Of a stretch of 64,000 nucleotides of DNA, positions 18,463-30,312 are shown piece after piece. Source of the stretch: an uncultured Caldisericales bacterium. GTDB lineage: Bacteria; Caldisericota; Caldisericia; JAAYUI01. The notes beneath the pieces were generated by a model. That model saw only the letters and a list, made by a program, of their open reading frames with translations, searched no databases and was not told where the DNA came from. Location of the stretch: assembly GCA_964613055.1 (NCBI GenBank), contig CAZTGD010000008.1:70-64069 (forward strand). The letters are read 5' to 3'. Position numbers and translations under genes: made by a program. Position 1 is the first letter of the stretch; the number at the start of each line of letters is the position of its first letter.

Positions 18463-20586
18463 ATGGAACTTCATATACTACTAGCAATTCTCGCGCTTGC
18501 CCTGCCTCTTGCCGGATTTGTTATTATCGGTCTATGCGGAAAGATAGCAAAAGGCTGGGCAAAGTACCTTGGCGCTACCACCATGGGTGTCACGCTGGCA
18601 TTATCAATTGCTTTGTTGATAATGGTGATTCTGCATGGTGAAGCTTTCGAAACCGTATCTTTCACCTGGCTCAGTACAGGTAAATATGTACTGGATTTTG
18701 GTCTTCAGATTGATTCCCTAGCTGTAATCATGATGGTTGTAGTGTCAACGGTTTCATTTCTGGTACACCTGTTTTCAATAGATTACATGAAGGGTGATAC
18801 GGGTATTGCTCGATACTATGCAGAACTCCAGCTTTTCTCAGTTGCTATGCTAGGTGTGGTAACAGCCTCAAACCTGCTCCAGTTGTTCATGTTCTGGGAG
18901 TTGGTGGGTTTGTGCTCATATCTGCTCATTGGATTCTGGTTCAGTGAGCGTTCAGTTTACCAAGCCGCAAAAAAAGCTTTCTTTGTTACAAAGGTTGGCG
19001 ATGTATTTTTGTTCCTAGCTATTGTAGCAATATTCTACCAGACTAACACACTCAACTTCAGCGCATTACCCGCTGGTCTGGAAGTCTTGAGTACGACAAT
19101 GCTAATAGTCATACCGCTATGCATATTCATGGGTGCTGTCGGTAAGTCGGCTCAATTCCCCCTTCACGTATGGCTACCCAATGCAATGGAGGGTCCAACA
19201 CCCGTATCAGCACTAATACATGCCGCAACAATGGTCGCCGCAGGTATTTACCTGGTCGCAAGGACGATGCCCATTTTCATGCTTGATACAACTGGCATTG
19301 CGTTGACGGTGGTTATGCTGATCGGAGCGTTCACCGCTTTCATGGGGGCTACTATAGCAACCGTGCAAGCGGAGATAAAAAAGGTTCTTGCCTTTTCTAC
19401 CATCAGCCAGCTTGGATATATGATCATGGGGCTTGGTGCTGTATACATCGGTCACGGAGAATTTGCTTTGCTGGGTTTTTCAGCATCACTGTTTCATCTT
19501 ATGACGCACGCATTCTTTAAGGGGTTGCTCTTCCTCAGTTCGGGTTCTGTAATACATGCCACCCACACCAAGAACATGCACGAGATGGGTGGATTGATGA
19601 AGAAGATGCCCGTAACGGCTTGGACATTCATCATTGGCTCTCTTGCTTTGGCTGGCTTCCCCCTGTTTGCTGGATTCTGGAGCAAGGATGCCATAATCGG
19701 CGCTGTCCATCTATCTGCTCATCACGGACACACTATAGCTTATCTTGCGCTAGCACTCGCTCTGATAGGAGCATTCCTCACACCCTACTACATGACCCGA
19801 TGTGTGTGGTTAACATTCTTCGGCAAACCTCGCAAGGAGAACCATGCGCACGAAGGCACAAAGAACTCAAAGATTCCACTCATATCTCTTGGTGCACTTG
19901 CCGCATTGGTGGGTTTTGTTGGTGTACCTTTCTGGGGACTGAATTCAAATTGGTTTCAGAGATTCCTGGGTAAATCATATGCAATAAATAGCATGTCCAA
20001 AATTATCCTAGATGAACACAAAAGTGTTGAGTCGTGGTCACAAATGAACAAGCCACTCCTCTTTGGTTCAATAGGACTTGTGTTTGCTGGTATTCTTGTT
20101 GGACTCACCGTTTATGTATGGAAACCAGGGTTGAAAGTGAAACTAATCAAAGCGCTTAAACCACTCTATATTTTCTTCAAGAGGGCTTGGTTTATGGATG
20201 AAATATGGACATTCATCGCCGTTCGACCGTTTATTGGATTTGCGGTTTTCTGCAGTCATTTTGATGCGATTGTGATAGATGGAATAGTAAATGGAGCCGC
20301 ATGGCTAACACTTAAGTTGTCATATGCCGTCAGTTGGTTTGATGATAATATAGTTGATGGAATGGTTAACGGAGTCGGCTGGCTTGGGATTCAACTGTCA
20401 AAATACGCCAAGTGGTTTGATGAGACCATCGTTGATGGTTTTGTCAATGGCTCCGCTTGGGTGTTTGGATTTGCTGGAAAAAAGACACGCAGGATTCAGA
20501 CTGGATACCTGCCTAACTACGCCGCAGTGATGTTTGCATCACTGGTCGTAATACTAATGATTGTTGCGATATCACTCGCACTGTAA
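18463..20586 (+). CDS. nuoL: NADH-quinone oxidoreductase subunit L (antiporter-like) with a triplicated C-terminal motif
   Basis: 707 aa with an Mrp-antiporter-like core. The C-terminal region contains three tandem 26-aa WFDxxIVDGxVNGxxW repeats. Confidence 0.95.
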   Translation: MELHILLAILALALPLAGFVIIGLCGKIAKGWAKYLGATTMGVTLALSIALLIMVILHGEAFETVSFTWLSTGKYVLDFGLQIDSLAVIMMVVVSTVSFLVHLFSIDYMKGDTGIARYYAELQLFSVAMLGVVTASNLLQLFMFWELVGLCSYLLIGFWFSERSVYQAAKKAFFVTKVGDVFLFLAIVAIFYQTNTLNFSALPAGLEVLSTTMLIVIPLCIFMGAVGKSAQFPLHVWLPNAMEGPTPVSALIHAATMVAAGIYLVARTMPIFMLDTTGIALTVVMLIGAFTAFMGATIATVQAEIKKVLAFSTISQLGYMIMGLGAVYIGHGEFALLGFSASLFHLMTHAFFKGLLFLSSGSVIHATHTKNMHEMGGLMKKMPVTAWTFIIGSLALAGFPLFAGFWSKDAIIGAVHLSAHHGHTIAYLALALALIGAFLTPYYMTRCVWLTFFGKPRKENHAHEGTKNSKIPLISLGALAALVGFVGVPFWGLNSNWFQRFLGKSYAINSMSKIILDEHKSVESWSQMNKPLLFGSIGLVFAGILVGLTVYVWKPGLKVKLIKALKPLYIFFKRAWFMDEIWTFIAVRPFIGFAVFCSHFDAIVIDGIVNGAAWLTLKLSYAVSWFDDNIVDGMVNGVGWLGIQLSKYAKWFDETIVDGFVNGSAWVFGFAGKKTRRIQTGYLPNYAAVMFASLVVILMIVAISLAL
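20257..20477 (+). repeat. three tandem 78-nt (26-aa) in-frame coding repeats within the nuoL 3' region
   Basis: HFDAIVIDGIVNGAAWLTLKLSYAVS / WFDDNIVDGMVNGVGWLGIQLSKYAK / WFDETIVDGFVNGSAWVFGFAGKKTR. Each DNA unit begins tggtttgatga…gttgatgg…gt.aa.gg. Confidence 0.6.
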
Positions 20587-20601
20587 CAGGAGGTTTAATA
20601 G

Positions 20602-22119
20602 ATGGATATCAATAACTACTTGTTAACTGCAGTAACCTTCTTGCCGCTACTTGGCTCTCTGATCATTCTACTGATACCAAAGGACAGGCATGCGTTTCTC
20701 AGAGGATTCGCCACTGTATTCGCATTGCTGACTTTGGGGCTTGCAATCTTTATTTGGACACAATTCGACTCTGGGATGAGTTCTTCATTTCAACTTGTTC
20801 AGAAAATACCATGGGTTGAATCGATCGGTATGTTTTATCATCTTGGTGTTGACGGCATGTCCATGCTACTGCTTTTCCTTACCACACTTCTCTCTGTAAC
20901 TGCCTGTCTTGCCTCCTTTTCAATCAAAGAACGCGTCAAGGAATACTTCTCCTTGTTCCTGCTTCTTGAGACTGGTCTGATTGGTGTATTCCTTTCACTC
21001 GATCTGGTCATGTTCTATGTATTCTGGGAAGTTGTTCTGGTGCCCATGTATTTCCTCATAGCCATATGGGGTGGCAAAAAGAGACAGTATGCTTCGATCA
21101 AGTTCTTCATCTACACATTGGTCGCTTCGCTTGTAATGCTGGTTGGCATATTGGCTGTGTACTTCGCATCACCTCTGGTTGCAAATGAATCAGGCGGGTT
21201 AACTCACACATTCTCTATTGTTGAGATATTAAAAACGGGTGGAATTGCCGCGAACCTCGGAGCAATGACGCTTCCAATATTTGGAGCACTTCTCTTCGGA
21301 TTTTTAGTCAAGGTACCTTCGTTCCCATTCCACACGTGGTTGCCTGACGCCCACGTTCAGGCTCCAGCTCCTATCTCAATCATGCTTGCCGGTGTACTGC
21401 TTAAGATGGGTGGATATGGCATAATCCGAATCGGTGTCGGTTTCTTCAAGGATTCGGCGGCTGTGACAAACTTCTGGGGACCTGTAATCGCGGTGCTAGG
21501 CGTCATCGGTGTGATATATGGCGCATTATGCGCATTGGTGCAAAAGGATCTAAAGAAACTGGTTGCATACACTTCTGTCAATCACATGGGATTTGTATTA
21601 ATAGCCATTGGTGCATACATGCTTACTGGATCGAACGTTGCGCTTCAGGGTGCTGTGGTGGTCATGTTCAACCACGGTACAACAACCGGCCTACTCTTCC
21701 TTTTAGTTGGATATATATACGAAAGAACGCACACAAGAGAGATATCCGAGCTTCCTGGTATGGGTGGAAGGATTCCAATGATCGCAATAATGTTGATCAT
21801 CGCATCATTTGCATCCATTGGTCTTCCAGCGCTGTCAGGTTTCGTTGGCGAGTTTCTGTCGCTTCAATCAGCATTTATGGCTGTTCCATGGTGGGCATGG
21901 GCGGCTATAGTTGGTCTGATTGTAAACGCTGGTGTTATGCTGTGGATGATGCAAAGGGTCATGTTTGGCAAAGCTCAAGACAAATATGCAAACCTGAAAG
22001 ACGCTTCATTTAGAGAATTCATAGCCGCTATTCCGCAATTTGCATTTGTGTTCTTCATTGGCTTGTACCCAATGCCCATTTTAAGCATGATAGCTAATTC
22101 AGTAGTTGGCTTGGTTTAA
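20602..22119 (+). CDS. nuoM: NADH-quinone oxidoreductase subunit M
   Basis: 505-aa antiporter-like subunit with an AGGAGG RBS. Confidence 0.95.
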   Translation: MDINNYLLTAVTFLPLLGSLIILLIPKDRHAFLRGFATVFALLTLGLAIFIWTQFDSGMSSSFQLVQKIPWVESIGMFYHLGVDGMSMLLLFLTTLLSVTACLASFSIKERVKEYFSLFLLLETGLIGVFLSLDLVMFYVFWEVVLVPMYFLIAIWGGKKRQYASIKFFIYTLVASLVMLVGILAVYFASPLVANESGGLTHTFSIVEILKTGGIAANLGAMTLPIFGALLFGFLVKVPSFPFHTWLPDAHVQAPAPISIMLAGVLLKMGGYGIIRIGVGFFKDSAAVTNFWGPVIAVLGVIGVIYGALCALVQKDLKKLVAYTSVNHMGFVLIAIGAYMLTGSNVALQGAVVVMFNHGTTTGLLFLLVGYIYERTHTREISELPGMGGRIPMIAIMLIIASFASIGLPALSGFVGEFLSLQSAFMAVPWWAWAAIVGLIVNAGVMLWMMQRVMFGKAQDKYANLKDASFREFIAAIPQFAFVFFIGLYPMPILSMIANSVVGLV

Positions 22120-22131
22120 GGAGGTTTTGCT

Positions 22132-23589
22132 GTGGAATTCTCAGCATTTCTCCCAGAAACAATAGTCGTTGCAGGAGCATCAATTTTGTTGTTGCTTTCC
22201 CTGATAGGCTATAGAAATAAGAAATATGTCAATGGCATCCTAGCAATGCTCATACCAATCATTGCATTCATAATCATTGCGTTTCAAGCAGGTAGTGTCA
22301 GCAATCTGTTGTTTGTTCAGGACGGGTTTGCCCAATTCGCGAGAGGGCTTCTGTCGCTAATCTCTCTACCAATTCTACTTTCATCATTTGACATGTTCTC
22401 TTCTGATTCCAAACGACAGGGCGAGTTTCTATTTCTCATGCTCATATCTCTAAGCGGTCTCATGCTTCTATGTCAGGCAAGCAGTTTAATGATCGTATAT
22501 CTAGCCATAGAGATATCATCCATACCGCTTTACATGCTTGCCGGATTCAGGGTAGGCAGTGTTCGCTCCAAGGAAGCTGTTGTAAAATACTTTCTTTTAG
22601 GCGCATTCGCATCAGCGGTTACCATATATGGCATGTCTCTTGTTTACTCAACAACCCACACACTTGCATTTTCACAACTAGCCCAGCATATATCGCCTAC
22701 ATTACCGGGTTTAACAGGGTTACCAATCGAATACGCTGGTTTGATATTTATCTTTGCTGGTCTGTTCTTCAAGATCGCCGCATTCCCGTTTCATTTCTGG
22801 GCTCCAGATGTTTATGAAGGTTCACCACCAATATCAACAGCCTTTATATCGGTAGCGCCTAAGATAGGTGTTGTTGTGTTGATGGCACGGTTCGTTGGTT
22901 TCGCTATTCCATCAGCTTTGAGTACAGGTGTGGCTTGGGTAGTGATGTCGATAACTGCTGTAACGATGACATTTGGTAACATAACAGCAATATGGCAGAA
23001 TAACGTCAAACGTATATTCGCTTATAGCTCTATAGCTCAGGTTGGGTATATACTCATGGGTGTGGCTGTTATAGCGATTCATCCTGGTACTAACATCGCC
23101 AAAGACGGAGCAATTGGAATACTCATGTACCTTACCGCATACGCCTTGATGAATATCGCCGGTTTTTCAATCATCAAGGTAGTCGAATCTCGAAGAGGAG
23201 GTTCATCACTCAAACACTTTGCCGGACTGGGTAAGACTAATCCAGCCCTTTCTATTGCAATGGTTGTGACTCTCGTTTCACTCCTTGGGATACCATGGAC
23301 AGCAGGTTTTTTTGGTAAGCTGTTTGTATTCAAATCTGCAATTAACGCAAGTCTTTACTGGTTGGTCATACTCGCAGTAGTCAATTCAGCTATTTCAGCG
23401 TTCTATTATTTTGGTATAGTAAAATACATGTACCTCAAAGAACCAGATGAATCAATAGAACAGTCTGGCTTCTCTGATGTTTTCTCTTCACTTTCATCTG
23501 GTATATGTTCAGTTGGAACAGCGGTCCTCATAATGGTTCCCGGTTTGATACCACTAATTGAAAAAGCCTGCAGGATGTTTGGCGGTTAG
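22132..23589 (+). CDS. nuoN: NADH-quinone oxidoreductase subunit N
   Basis: 485-aa antiporter-like subunit. GTG start with a GGAGG RBS. Confidence 0.9.
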   Translation: MEFSAFLPETIVVAGASILLLLSLIGYRNKKYVNGILAMLIPIIAFIIIAFQAGSVSNLLFVQDGFAQFARGLLSLISLPILLSSFDMFSSDSKRQGEFLFLMLISLSGLMLLCQASSLMIVYLAIEISSIPLYMLAGFRVGSVRSKEAVVKYFLLGAFASAVTIYGMSLVYSTTHTLAFSQLAQHISPTLPGLTGLPIEYAGLIFIFAGLFFKIAAFPFHFWAPDVYEGSPPISTAFISVAPKIGVVVLMARFVGFAIPSALSTGVAWVVMSITAVTMTFGNITAIWQNNVKRIFAYSSIAQVGYILMGVAVIAIHPGTNIAKDGAIGILMYLTAYALMNIAGFSIIKVVESRRGGSSLKHFAGLGKTNPALSIAMVVTLVSLLGIPWTAGFFGKLFVFKSAINASLYWLVILAVVNSAISAFYYFGIVKYMYLKEPDESIEQSGFSDVFSSLSSGICSVGTAVLIMVPGLIPLIEKACRMFGG

Positions 23590-23595
23590 CATTAT

Positions 23596-23805
23596 ATGAG
23601 ATGGGGTCTCATTGCAAGAGAGTTTATTAAAGCGAGGATGCTTGGTGTTACAGCCCTCCTCGTCATCATAACCCCTCTTGCGATAACTGGTATCGGTGGT
23701 TTCTTTTTGGACAGATGGCTAGGCACGACCCCGCTTTTTAATATATTGCTACTACTGCTGGGACTCGCCGCGGCAACGAAAGGAGCGCTTAAATTTAAGC
23801 CATGA
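23596..23805 (+). CDS. atpZ: AtpZ-like small membrane protein (ATPase_gene1 family)
   Basis: 69 aa with two TM helices. GGFFLDRWLGTTPLFNILLLLLG matches the conserved GxxLDxWLGTxPxF motif. It starts 6 nt after nuoN. Confidence 0.6.
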   Translation: MRWGLIAREFIKARMLGVTALLVIITPLAITGIGGFFLDRWLGTTPLFNILLLLLGLAAATKGALKFKP

Positions 23806-24086
23806 TTAATATTACATTATATATTATCGGTGGAATTGTGTGGGGAGGATTTCTTGGTTTTGTCCATTTTCAGTGGATCTTTTCGTCATCAAAAAAATCT
23901 GTTGACAAAGGACTCAAACCAATATCAAATCCCCTGCGTATGATTTTAACGGCAGGAGGCTTATTCCTTCCTGCTTTTATTAATATCATCGCTCTACTCT
24001 CATCGTTTGGTGGTTTCGCTATCGGATTCGCAGTATGGTGGCTGTGGTTTAGAGGTAAATTAACGTCAGGAGGAAACAATGACTAA
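23802..24086 (+). CDS. atpI: ATP synthase protein I-like small membrane protein
   Basis: 94 aa, two TM helices, positioned between atpZ and atpB. The assignment rests on position and topology only. Confidence 0.45.
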   Translation: MINITLYIIGGIVWGGFLGFVHFQWIFSSSKKSVDKGLKPISNPLRMILTAGGLFLPAFINIIALLSSFGGFAIGFAVWWLWFRGKLTSGGNND

Positions 24087-24963
24087 AAAACCTCCACTAT
24101 TAAAGAACAAGACTTTCTGGACTGTAATTGCGTTCATATTGACTTATGTCTTTGTATTCTTCTTGCCATCAATAATTAAAGCCATTACAGGTCGTTCAAT
24201 TCAAGTTGCATCTAGTTTGCACGTAGCTGTAGGTCCACAAACCACCCCAATACCCTTCTTAAACAATCTTGGTGGGGGACTCAATCTTCCAAATACCTTC
24301 TTCTCCGCTGGTATCTCTAGTATTGTCTTTGCAGTCATCATTATAATACTTGGCACCGGATTGAAAAAAAGAGGATCCACGAGAACTATTTTAGCTGAGA
24401 TACTTGTTACTACCATGCAGAGCTTCACAAAGAACATACTCGGTAAGAACGGAGAGAGATACGTTGTCGCAACGACGGCGATATTTGGTTATATTCTCGT
24501 ATCCAACTTTCTTGGTCTCTTGTCTGGTTTGGCAACGCCTTTTATTGGCTCATCTATCAGCAACAGCAAGATATTTTCTATCATCACAGCACCTACAACA
24601 GACCTTTCAGTAACATTTGGTCTGGCGATTGCCGCGGTTATATATGTACATACACAATCCATTAAATGGCTTGGATTCAAACATTATTTCAAAGAAACGT
24701 TTATGCACCCATACCCTTTCATGTTACCGATCAACATAATTGAGCAGATAAGCAGACCTCTTTCGCTGGCTGTTCGTTTGTTTGGTAACCTCACTGGTGA
24801 GCATATTGTCCTGGAGGTAATAACCGGACTCGTGTCGTTTGGAGTCCCAATCGTAATACTCGGTCTTGGCATATTTACAGGATTTGTACAGGCTCTAGTA
24901 TTTACTATGCTGTTCCTGGTTTATTTAAGCCTCGGAATACCTAGAGAAAAAGGAGAACATTAA
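24079..24963 (+). CDS. atpB: F0F1 ATP synthase subunit a
   Basis: 294-aa polytopic protein with a conserved Arg in …[14 protein letters not shown]…. Confidence 0.9.
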   Translation: MTKKPPLLKNKTFWTVIAFILTYVFVFFLPSIIKAITGRSIQVASSLHVAVGPQTTPIPFLNNLGGGLNLPNTFFSAGISSIVFAVIIIILGTGLKKRGSTRTILAEILVTTMQSFTKNILGKNGERYVVATTAIFGYILVSNFLGLLSGLATPFIGSSISNSKIFSIITAPTTDLSVTFGLAIAAVIYVHTQSIKWLGFKHYFKETFMHPYPFMLPINIIEQISRPLSLAVRLFGNLTGEHIVLEVITGLVSFGVPIVILGLGIFTGFVQALVFTMLFLVYLSLGIPREKGEH

Positions 24964-24965
24964 AG

Positions 24966-25280
24966 ATGGAAGGAATTACATTAGATTCAATCAAGACTTT
25001 TCTCGAATCAAACCCAGCTGTTTTAAAGGAAATGCTCAAGCAGGCGGCTCCTGCGTGGTACTGGGCAGTAAAGATGTCTGGAGCATTTGCCATCGCCATC
25101 GCCGCATTCGGCGGAGCTCAAGGTCAAGGCAAAGCCGCGGCGTCAGCTGTTGATGCCATTGCAAGACAACCAGAGGCTCAGCAGGATATCTTCACTACCC
25201 TCATACTTTCACTCGCCCTTATTGAGTCACTGGTCATATACGCTCTTGCCGTAGCTCTCGTTTTGATATTTGTAATTTAG
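24966..25280 (+). CDS. atpE: F0F1 ATP synthase subunit c with an N-terminal ~35-aa extension and a Na+-site-like signature
   Basis: Hairpin [23 protein letters not shown]…[20 protein letters not shown] in helix 1 and ES…Y in helix 2 are aligned with the Ilyobacter Na+-binding residues. GGAGAA RBS. Confidence 0.9.
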   Translation: MEGITLDSIKTFLESNPAVLKEMLKQAAPAWYWAVKMSGAFAIAIAAFGGAQGQGKAAASAVDAIARQPEAQQDIFTTLILSLALIESLVIYALAVALVLIFVI

Positions 25281-25291
25281 GGATAGTCATT

Positions 25292-26170
25292 ATGCTATCC
25301 TGGATAAATTCAATGTGGGATTCGTTCATCGGCTGGCTGGTCCCCTCTGTTTATGCGTCAGAGGGAGGGCATGCTGTTGCATCCGGTCCAAACGCAAATC
25401 CTCTACTTTTAGGCATAGACTTACGAACGCTGTTGATGGTGATCTTGAATCTGATCCTTCTCATATGGTTGCTTCGCAGATTCTTGTACAAGCCCGTTAC
25501 AAACATGATCGCCGAGAGAAAAGCTTCTGCCGGCAAGATCATCGACGAAGCTAAGGAATATGCCGATTCAGCAAAAACTAAGCTTGAAGAGACCGAGAAA
25601 GAACGAGACAAAGCCATAGAGGATGCGAGAGCTACACGTACAGAAGCTATTAAAACGGCTGAAGCCATTCACGAGGATATAGTAAATAAAGCACAATCAG
25701 AGGCAAAGAGTATCATCAGATCAGCCGAAGAGGAAGCAAAGGGTGAGCGTGAGTTGACTACTGAAGAGCTAAAAAAGCGTTCAAGCGATCTGATTGAAAT
25801 GGTTTCACAGAGAATCGTATCTTCGGTATTTGACAGCGAAACAGTCAGAAGTAATACTCAGCAAACCATTGAAAAGCTTCCCGAAGTTACAGCATGCAAT
25901 ATAAGCGACGAAGAAGTGAACCTTTGTGATGCAATCAGAAGCTCTGGCGATGTCAGGCATGTAGTTGTAGAGACAGCCATTGGACTCGATGAAATGCAGA
26001 AGGAAAGGGTAGAAAACTTTATACATGAATTCACTGCAAGCAGACCCTCAATTGAGTTCATTGTTAACGATAGCATCATCTCTGGCTTGCGAATGAATCT
26101 CGACGATACGTTATTTGACGCGTCTGTTGCAAGGATGATCAAACATACTGTATCAGAGAATCTGAGGTAG
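25292..26170 (+). CDS. atpF: F0F1 ATP synthase subunit b fused to a delta (OSCP) C-terminal domain
   Basis: 292 aa with an N-terminal TM helix and a long coiled coil (b). The C-terminal ~110 aa (…VVVETAIGLDEMQKERVENF…IEFIVNDSIISGLRMNLDDTLFDASVARMIKH…) matches the delta C-terminal domain. No separate atpH is present in the operon. Confidence 0.8.
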   Translation: MLSWINSMWDSFIGWLVPSVYASEGGHAVASGPNANPLLLGIDLRTLLMVILNLILLIWLLRRFLYKPVTNMIAERKASAGKIIDEAKEYADSAKTKLEETEKERDKAIEDARATRTEAIKTAEAIHEDIVNKAQSEAKSIIRSAEEEAKGERELTTEELKKRSSDLIEMVSQRIVSSVFDSETVRSNTQQTIEKLPEVTACNISDEEVNLCDAIRSSGDVRHVVVETAIGLDEMQKERVENFIHEFTASRPSIEFIVNDSIISGLRMNLDDTLFDASVARMIKHTVSENLR

Positions 26171-26173
26171 TGT

Positions 26174-27673
26174 ATGTCAGATACTCTTGATACCATATTT
26201 AAGGGTTGGAAGGATTCATTCAAAGAAGTCACCTTCAAACCTATAATTGAGAATGCAGGTTCTGTTAAGTCATGTGGTGATGGAGTTGCTTTGGTCAGGG
26301 GTTTATCAGATGCATTCATAGGTGAGATCCTCGATTTTGAAGGTGGTATTGAAGGATTTGTGCTTTCGATGACCCCAGAGTATGTTGGTGTTGTTCTCCT
26401 TGGTCCAGACAAGTACGTAGGCGAGGGTGACAAGGTGACTAGAACAACAAGGGTGCTTTCAGTCCCATTTTCACCAGATTTACCAGGTCGTATAATAGAT
26501 GCTACAGGAAAACCAATCGATGGAAAGAAGTCATTTGTATCCACAAAGCAATTGCCATTGGAGAAGGGCGCTCCATCGGTTATCGATCGGGAACCAGTTC
26601 ATGAATCACTCCAAACAGGTTTAAAGGTTCTTGACGCACTCATACCAATAGGTCGAGGTCAAAGGGAGTTGATAATCGGAGACCGTCAAACGGGAAAAAC
26701 AGCCATTGCAATAGACTCAATAATAAACCAAAAGGATGAGGACGTTATCTGCATATACGTGGGTATCTCTCAGAAATCATCCACTATGGCAGGTATCTAT
26801 AAGTCCCTGAAAGATAATCACGCAATTGACTCTACTATTATTGTGTCGACTCTTGCAGACAACCCACCTGCTATACGATACATAGCTCCTTACGTTGGGT
26901 GTGCCATTGGTGAAGAGTATATGAGACGTGGAAAGCATGTTTTAATAGTTTACGATGATCTATCCAAACACGCTGATGCGTACAGAGAGCTATCGCTCTT
27001 ACTCCGAAGACCGCCGGGTCGAGAGGCTTATCCTGGCGACATTTTTTATCTTCACTCTAGATTACTTGAACGTTCTGCAAAGATGAAGTCTGATCTAGGT
27101 GGAGGTTCACTTACAGCACTGCCGATTATCGAAACACAGGCTGGAGATATTTCTCAGTATATTCCAACTAACCTCATTTCGATAACAGATGGACAGATAT
27201 TCCTTGAAAAAGAGTTGTTCAACGAGGGCATAAGACCAGCCGTAAACGTCGGTCTTTCCGTATCTAGAGTTGGTGGAGCCGCGCAGGTTCCCACAATGAA
27301 AAAGGTCGGTGGTAGTCTCAAGCTTGACCTATCTCAATATAACGACCTAAAAGCATTTGCACAGTTTGGTGCAGAGCTCGATCCCGTTACCCAAAGAAAG
27401 CTTTCAAGAGGAGAGCGATTGGTTGAATTACTTAAACAGGTACAATACTCACCAATGCAGGTTGGAGAACAAGTTCTGGTTTTGCTGGCTTATTCGCTGG
27501 GTGCTTTTGATGGCATCGATAAGAATGAGGTTAGAGATTTCGAGAAACGTCTCATCAAACATACAAAAGATAAGCATCCTGATTTGCTATCCGAGCTAAC
27601 ACATTCACCGAAACTGTCTGATTCGATAAAGGAATATGTTTCCGACCTAGTCAAAGAAATAAAAGGGATTTAG
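26174..27673 (+). CDS. atpA: F0F1 ATP synthase subunit alpha
   Basis: GDRQTGKT Walker A, 499 aa, canonical position. Confidence 0.97.
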   Translation: MSDTLDTIFKGWKDSFKEVTFKPIIENAGSVKSCGDGVALVRGLSDAFIGEILDFEGGIEGFVLSMTPEYVGVVLLGPDKYVGEGDKVTRTTRVLSVPFSPDLPGRIIDATGKPIDGKKSFVSTKQLPLEKGAPSVIDREPVHESLQTGLKVLDALIPIGRGQRELIIGDRQTGKTAIAIDSIINQKDEDVICIYVGISQKSSTMAGIYKSLKDNHAIDSTIIVSTLADNPPAIRYIAPYVGCAIGEEYMRRGKHVLIVYDDLSKHADAYRELSLLLRRPPGREAYPGDIFYLHSRLLERSAKMKSDLGGGSLTALPIIETQAGDISQYIPTNLISITDGQIFLEKELFNEGIRPAVNVGLSVSRVGGAAQVPTMKKVGGSLKLDLSQYNDLKAFAQFGAELDPVTQRKLSRGERLVELLKQVQYSPMQVGEQVLVLLAYSLGAFDGIDKNEVRDFEKRLIKHTKDKHPDLLSELTHSPKLSDSIKEYVSDLVKEIKGI

Positions 27674-27683
27674 AGGTTCTTAC

Positions 27684-30006
<2,323 letters not shown>

Positions 30007-30009
30007 AGG

Positions 30010-30270
30010 ATGTCTGATCTAACAGTAACTATCATAACTCCAGATGCAAAACAAGAGGACTTCAGTGCAAATTCAATTGTTGTCCCTCTTGAGGATGGTT
30101 ATTGGGGTATTTTGCCCAAACACTCTAACATGGTTGCCGTGCTTTCCTCAGGTAAGATAAAAATCAAATTGTCTGGAAAAGAAATTCAGTATCAAATTGA
30201 AGAGGGTTGGATTGAGGTTTTTCACAACAGGATAATTATCCTGACTCCAGATTTTGTACCCGTTAACTGA
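30010..30270 (+). CDS. atpC: F0F1 ATP synthase subunit epsilon, short form (beta-sandwich only)
   Basis: 86 aa. It aligns with the N-terminal beta-sandwich domain of epsilon and lacks the C-terminal two-helix inhibitory hairpin. Confidence 0.85.
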   Translation: MSDLTVTIITPDAKQEDFSANSIVVPLEDGYWGILPKHSNMVAVLSSGKIKIKLSGKEIQYQIEEGWIEVFHNRIIILTPDFVPVN

Positions 30271-30312
30271 CCTGCATGTACATTTAGGTTTTGTTTGTTA
30301 ACATAGCAGATA

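Noticed and set aside
25858-26544. 228-aa minus-strand ORF across atpF/atpA.
   Set aside because: It is a shadow ORF opposite highly conserved ATP synthase genes, with a Ser/Pro/Thr-rich product and no start context.
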